From Atractiella rhizophila (taxonomy: Eukaryota), in the NCBI GenBank assembly GCA_021432655.1, contig MU271666.1:1-33630 (forward strand): 33,630 nt of DNA. The letters are read 5' to 3'. This document shows positions 30,750-33,630 of this stretch, in pieces. The position numbers were made by a program, and so were the translations under genes. How positions within the stretch are numbered: position 1 is the stretch's first letter; each line of letters opens with the position of its first letter. The notes beneath the pieces were generated by a model. The model did no database searches. It was not told the DNA's origin and saw only the letters and a list, made by a program, of their open reading frames with translations.

Positions 30750-32440
30750 AATGAAAAATCTGACTGCGACTTCAACTTCACGACGGTCCACCCTCCCGAA
30801 CCCAGGTCCAATAGTCTTCCTGGCACTATCGATCTCCTCCTCACGCCACTCTCCAAAAAAACAGACGAAGCCTCAACTCACGTCCTCGCGTCCTTTCCTC
30901 TCTTGCAGTACCCTCTCGCTGTTCCCAAAGAACCAATGGATGAAGTCTGAGGATATAAATCCAGGAAAATTAAACCAGTCTATGACGCAGAACTGAACAT
31001 CTATGATTTGTCCCATCTTTGCCTTTCTGAGAACCGGTGAAACAACGTTTGAAGTTTCTTCGCCGCCGTCGAGATAGAGGGAGGTGAGATGCTTGAGATG
31101 TGATAAGTGAAGCGGAGTGGACAGAATGGATGTTTTTCCATTAGGCGAGTGGGGAGCGAGTTTCACCTCGAGGTAGTCGAGAAGAAGTGCCAGTGTGGAG
31201 CTTGAGGTGGAGGTATGGAGTGGGCACATAGTCAAGCGAGTAAAACGTCGCATGGAGTGTGAGAAGGAAAGCGATGGCATAGGTGGATACTTTCGAAGGA
31301 ATAAGGATTTAAGACCAGGAGGTAACTGCAGCCAGGTTGATGCAGAAGATGCAGTGGAGGAAGAAGAGTCCGGCAAGGTCGGAAGCATGGAAGTGTTTGA
31401 TCCTGTCAACCATCCTACCCACAAACTTCTCGACCTCTTCCTTCCTCCACTTTCTCGCTCCACCATCTCTAAAGGTTACGCCATGCACACTTTCCAAGTC
31501 CTCAATCACATCGAAGACCGTCTTTGTCTCCGCTTCATTCCAAAATGCGTTCACCCACACCTGCTTAACATTCGGTGAGCTCAAGATGACTTTGGCTGTC
31601 CCAACAGTGATATCTTCATCAAAGCACAGTGTCTTCCACAGGCGGCAAGCGTTAGGATGGATCTTCAACTGGGCATGCGCAGAAGCAGGTTCGTCCAAAT
31701 AAGGAGTGACAAGTGACTTCCAGCGTTGGCAAACCTCGGAGAGCAGGGACACTTGATTGTGATGGAATCTTGGGCCACCATTGTTCCCTCTGAAGAAATT
31801 GAAATTGTGAGAGGGCTTTGTTGGGGAGGCGAGAAATAGAGCATGGAGCACTAGCTGGCGATGGGGAGAGCGAGAGTTGGGAAAAGGTTGCAACCTTCTG
31901 ACGGGATGATAGGGCCGACTTATCATCATCAGTCGTGGGTACAAAGCGCCGCTCCTTAAAGGAGTAAGCTGCGACAAGGGTGAAGACCGCCTCAGAGCAA
32001 TCTTGAACGAGATGAAACGTGCGAGTGAAGGACTGAACCAGTGAGGGCAAATGTTCCGAATCGAGACGTACAGGTCCATCGACTTCTCCAATGGCCGTGG
32101 TCACACCTTGCGGGCTGACATCCACACAAAGATTGGCCATACCGTTTTCGACGACATTTTTGATACATTCGAGCGAGAAATAGGACAATTTCGAGGACAG
32201 TTCCCCCATGAGTAGACCACGTAGAACAATAGTGATTCGGAGCGTATGGATTGATGGAGATAGGCGAGAGAGGGAAGAGGCAGAATGGATAGGTGGAGTC
32301 AGGTCTCGTGTGGCGCCGAAACTCCTGGCCCTGGGGTGATGAAGTTGACGAGCACTGTCGATTCCGGTTCGGAATCCTCGCTTGATAGTTGGGCAATCGT
32401 TTCCAAGAAACATTGTAGCACAATCAATCCACATTAGATC
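30750..32440 (-). pseudogene. Near-full-length pseudogenic F-box/LRR-like unit
   Basis: Pieces in shifting frames: SIHTLRITIV, PCSISRLP, LLSEVCQRWK, NAFWNEAETKTVF, RKWRKEEVEKF, KYPPMPSLSF, LAPHSPNGKTSIL, LYLDGGEETS and DFIHWFFG. Confidence 0.8.
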
Positions 32441-33630
32441 AGAGAGAGAAAGTCAGGAATAGAGATCAAATCATGCCTCCCACTCCATAGGGCCGAGCTC
32501 GAAAGCTACATGTAAAGTTACCATCTCCAGTTCTCAGGGGACAGGAATTGAAATATGCACCAAAAAAACCAGAAATGTTTGTGAGATGACCAGAGATGCT
32601 GCCCGCGGAGGATGGGATGGAGAGAGGATTACAAAGAGGACCATCGTGACTATCCGTGAACAACAGGTCTTTATCTTACCCAGTATGGTGGCGCCACGTG
32701 ATATCCCACGAACGACGAATTTCGTGCACCAGCTGCTGTGAAGGATCATGCCTGCCTTCCGTCCTATAGCGCCTTCTATCTCTCGAATATCGCAACTCGA
32801 GTCCTTGCTATACGACAAAGAAATCGAGGTCATCCTTCGAGAGCCAGTGTGGAATGCCCTCGCCTTGGTCAAAGTGCGTCTTCTTCCATTTTCAGTTTTC
32901 GCAGTTGCTTATTGAAACTATGGACAGAATTCGTTCAAAACCAACTTTGAGCCGGAACTTACACTCTTCCTCCGTCTTGTCGTGCTATACACCGCGTTGT
33001 TCTCTAAGCAGAGAGGAACGTATGGTCAGCAACTTGGCAATTTGCGTTATGTGAACGCGGCTTCCATGTCTTCTCATACATTCTCTATCCGTGCGTCACT
33101 TCTCTCTTTTGTCCGGAAAAACATCGTGACAACCAACATGAATGCCTATGTGAACAGTTGACGCCACCCCGTCGCGTTCGAAGCTCCACTCGCTGGTCCT
33201 CCTTTCCACTCTACCCTCCTACCTCTACACCCGTCTACAGGAGCACATGATCCGGCATTCATGGGGGGACGAACCCTCCCCAATCCTCAAGATAACATAC
33301 GACCGTTCCACTGGACGACTGCGGCTGACACGGAGGTGGCCGAGGGGAGGATGGAAGAGGATATTGTACGAACTTAGTGGGAGGCTGGAAAAGGTGTGGC
33401 TGGTGGCTGAGTTTGTCAACTTTGCAGTCTTCTTGAAAGCTGGAAAGTGAGTCGCCTTTCTCGCCTTTTCTTCACATTGCCATCAACTCATTCGTCGGCA
33501 ATCAGGTATGCAAGTCTGATCGACAGACTACTCGGTTTGCGGCTGGCGTATGCTGTAAGGACGAAGGATCGAAATATCAGTTTCGAGTTCCTGAATCGTC
33601 AGCTCATTTGGGAAGGACTCACGGTGCGGC

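Noticed and set aside
32460..33630. Coding gene at the right end of the window
   Set aside because: Only short ORFs with no motif or consistent splice pattern that I can support.

Overview
Eukaryotic, intron-rich DNA with ~45-70 nt GT-AG introns, consistent with a basidiomycete fungus (inference). Left end: the 3' part of a multi-exon ubiquitin-specific protease gene (UBP2-like), a tRNA-Leu(CAA) and a small hypothetical gene. 5.3-21.5 kb: a nested transposon stack that can be reconstructed to the base. A degenerate chromodomain-bearing Ty3/gypsy element has its gag-pol body inverted between two opposed LTRs (integrase split at an AAAGC duplication). A related solo LTR (GTCTT duplication) sits in its 3' UTR. 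A 6.66-kb Plavaka/CACTA-type DNA transposon (28-bp TIRs, TA duplication) sits inside that solo LTR. Removing the insertions restores a ~0.7-kb retroelement 3' UTR packed with hairpins, including a twice-repeated motif with compensatory base changes. 21.4-32.5 kb: a minus-strand array of ~560-aa F-box/LRR-like units. Three units plus an N-terminal module appear joined by phase-0 introns into one ~2,100-aa multi-F-box gene, flanked by pseudogenic copies. All alignments and RNA folds were done by eye; no database searches or folding programs were run.
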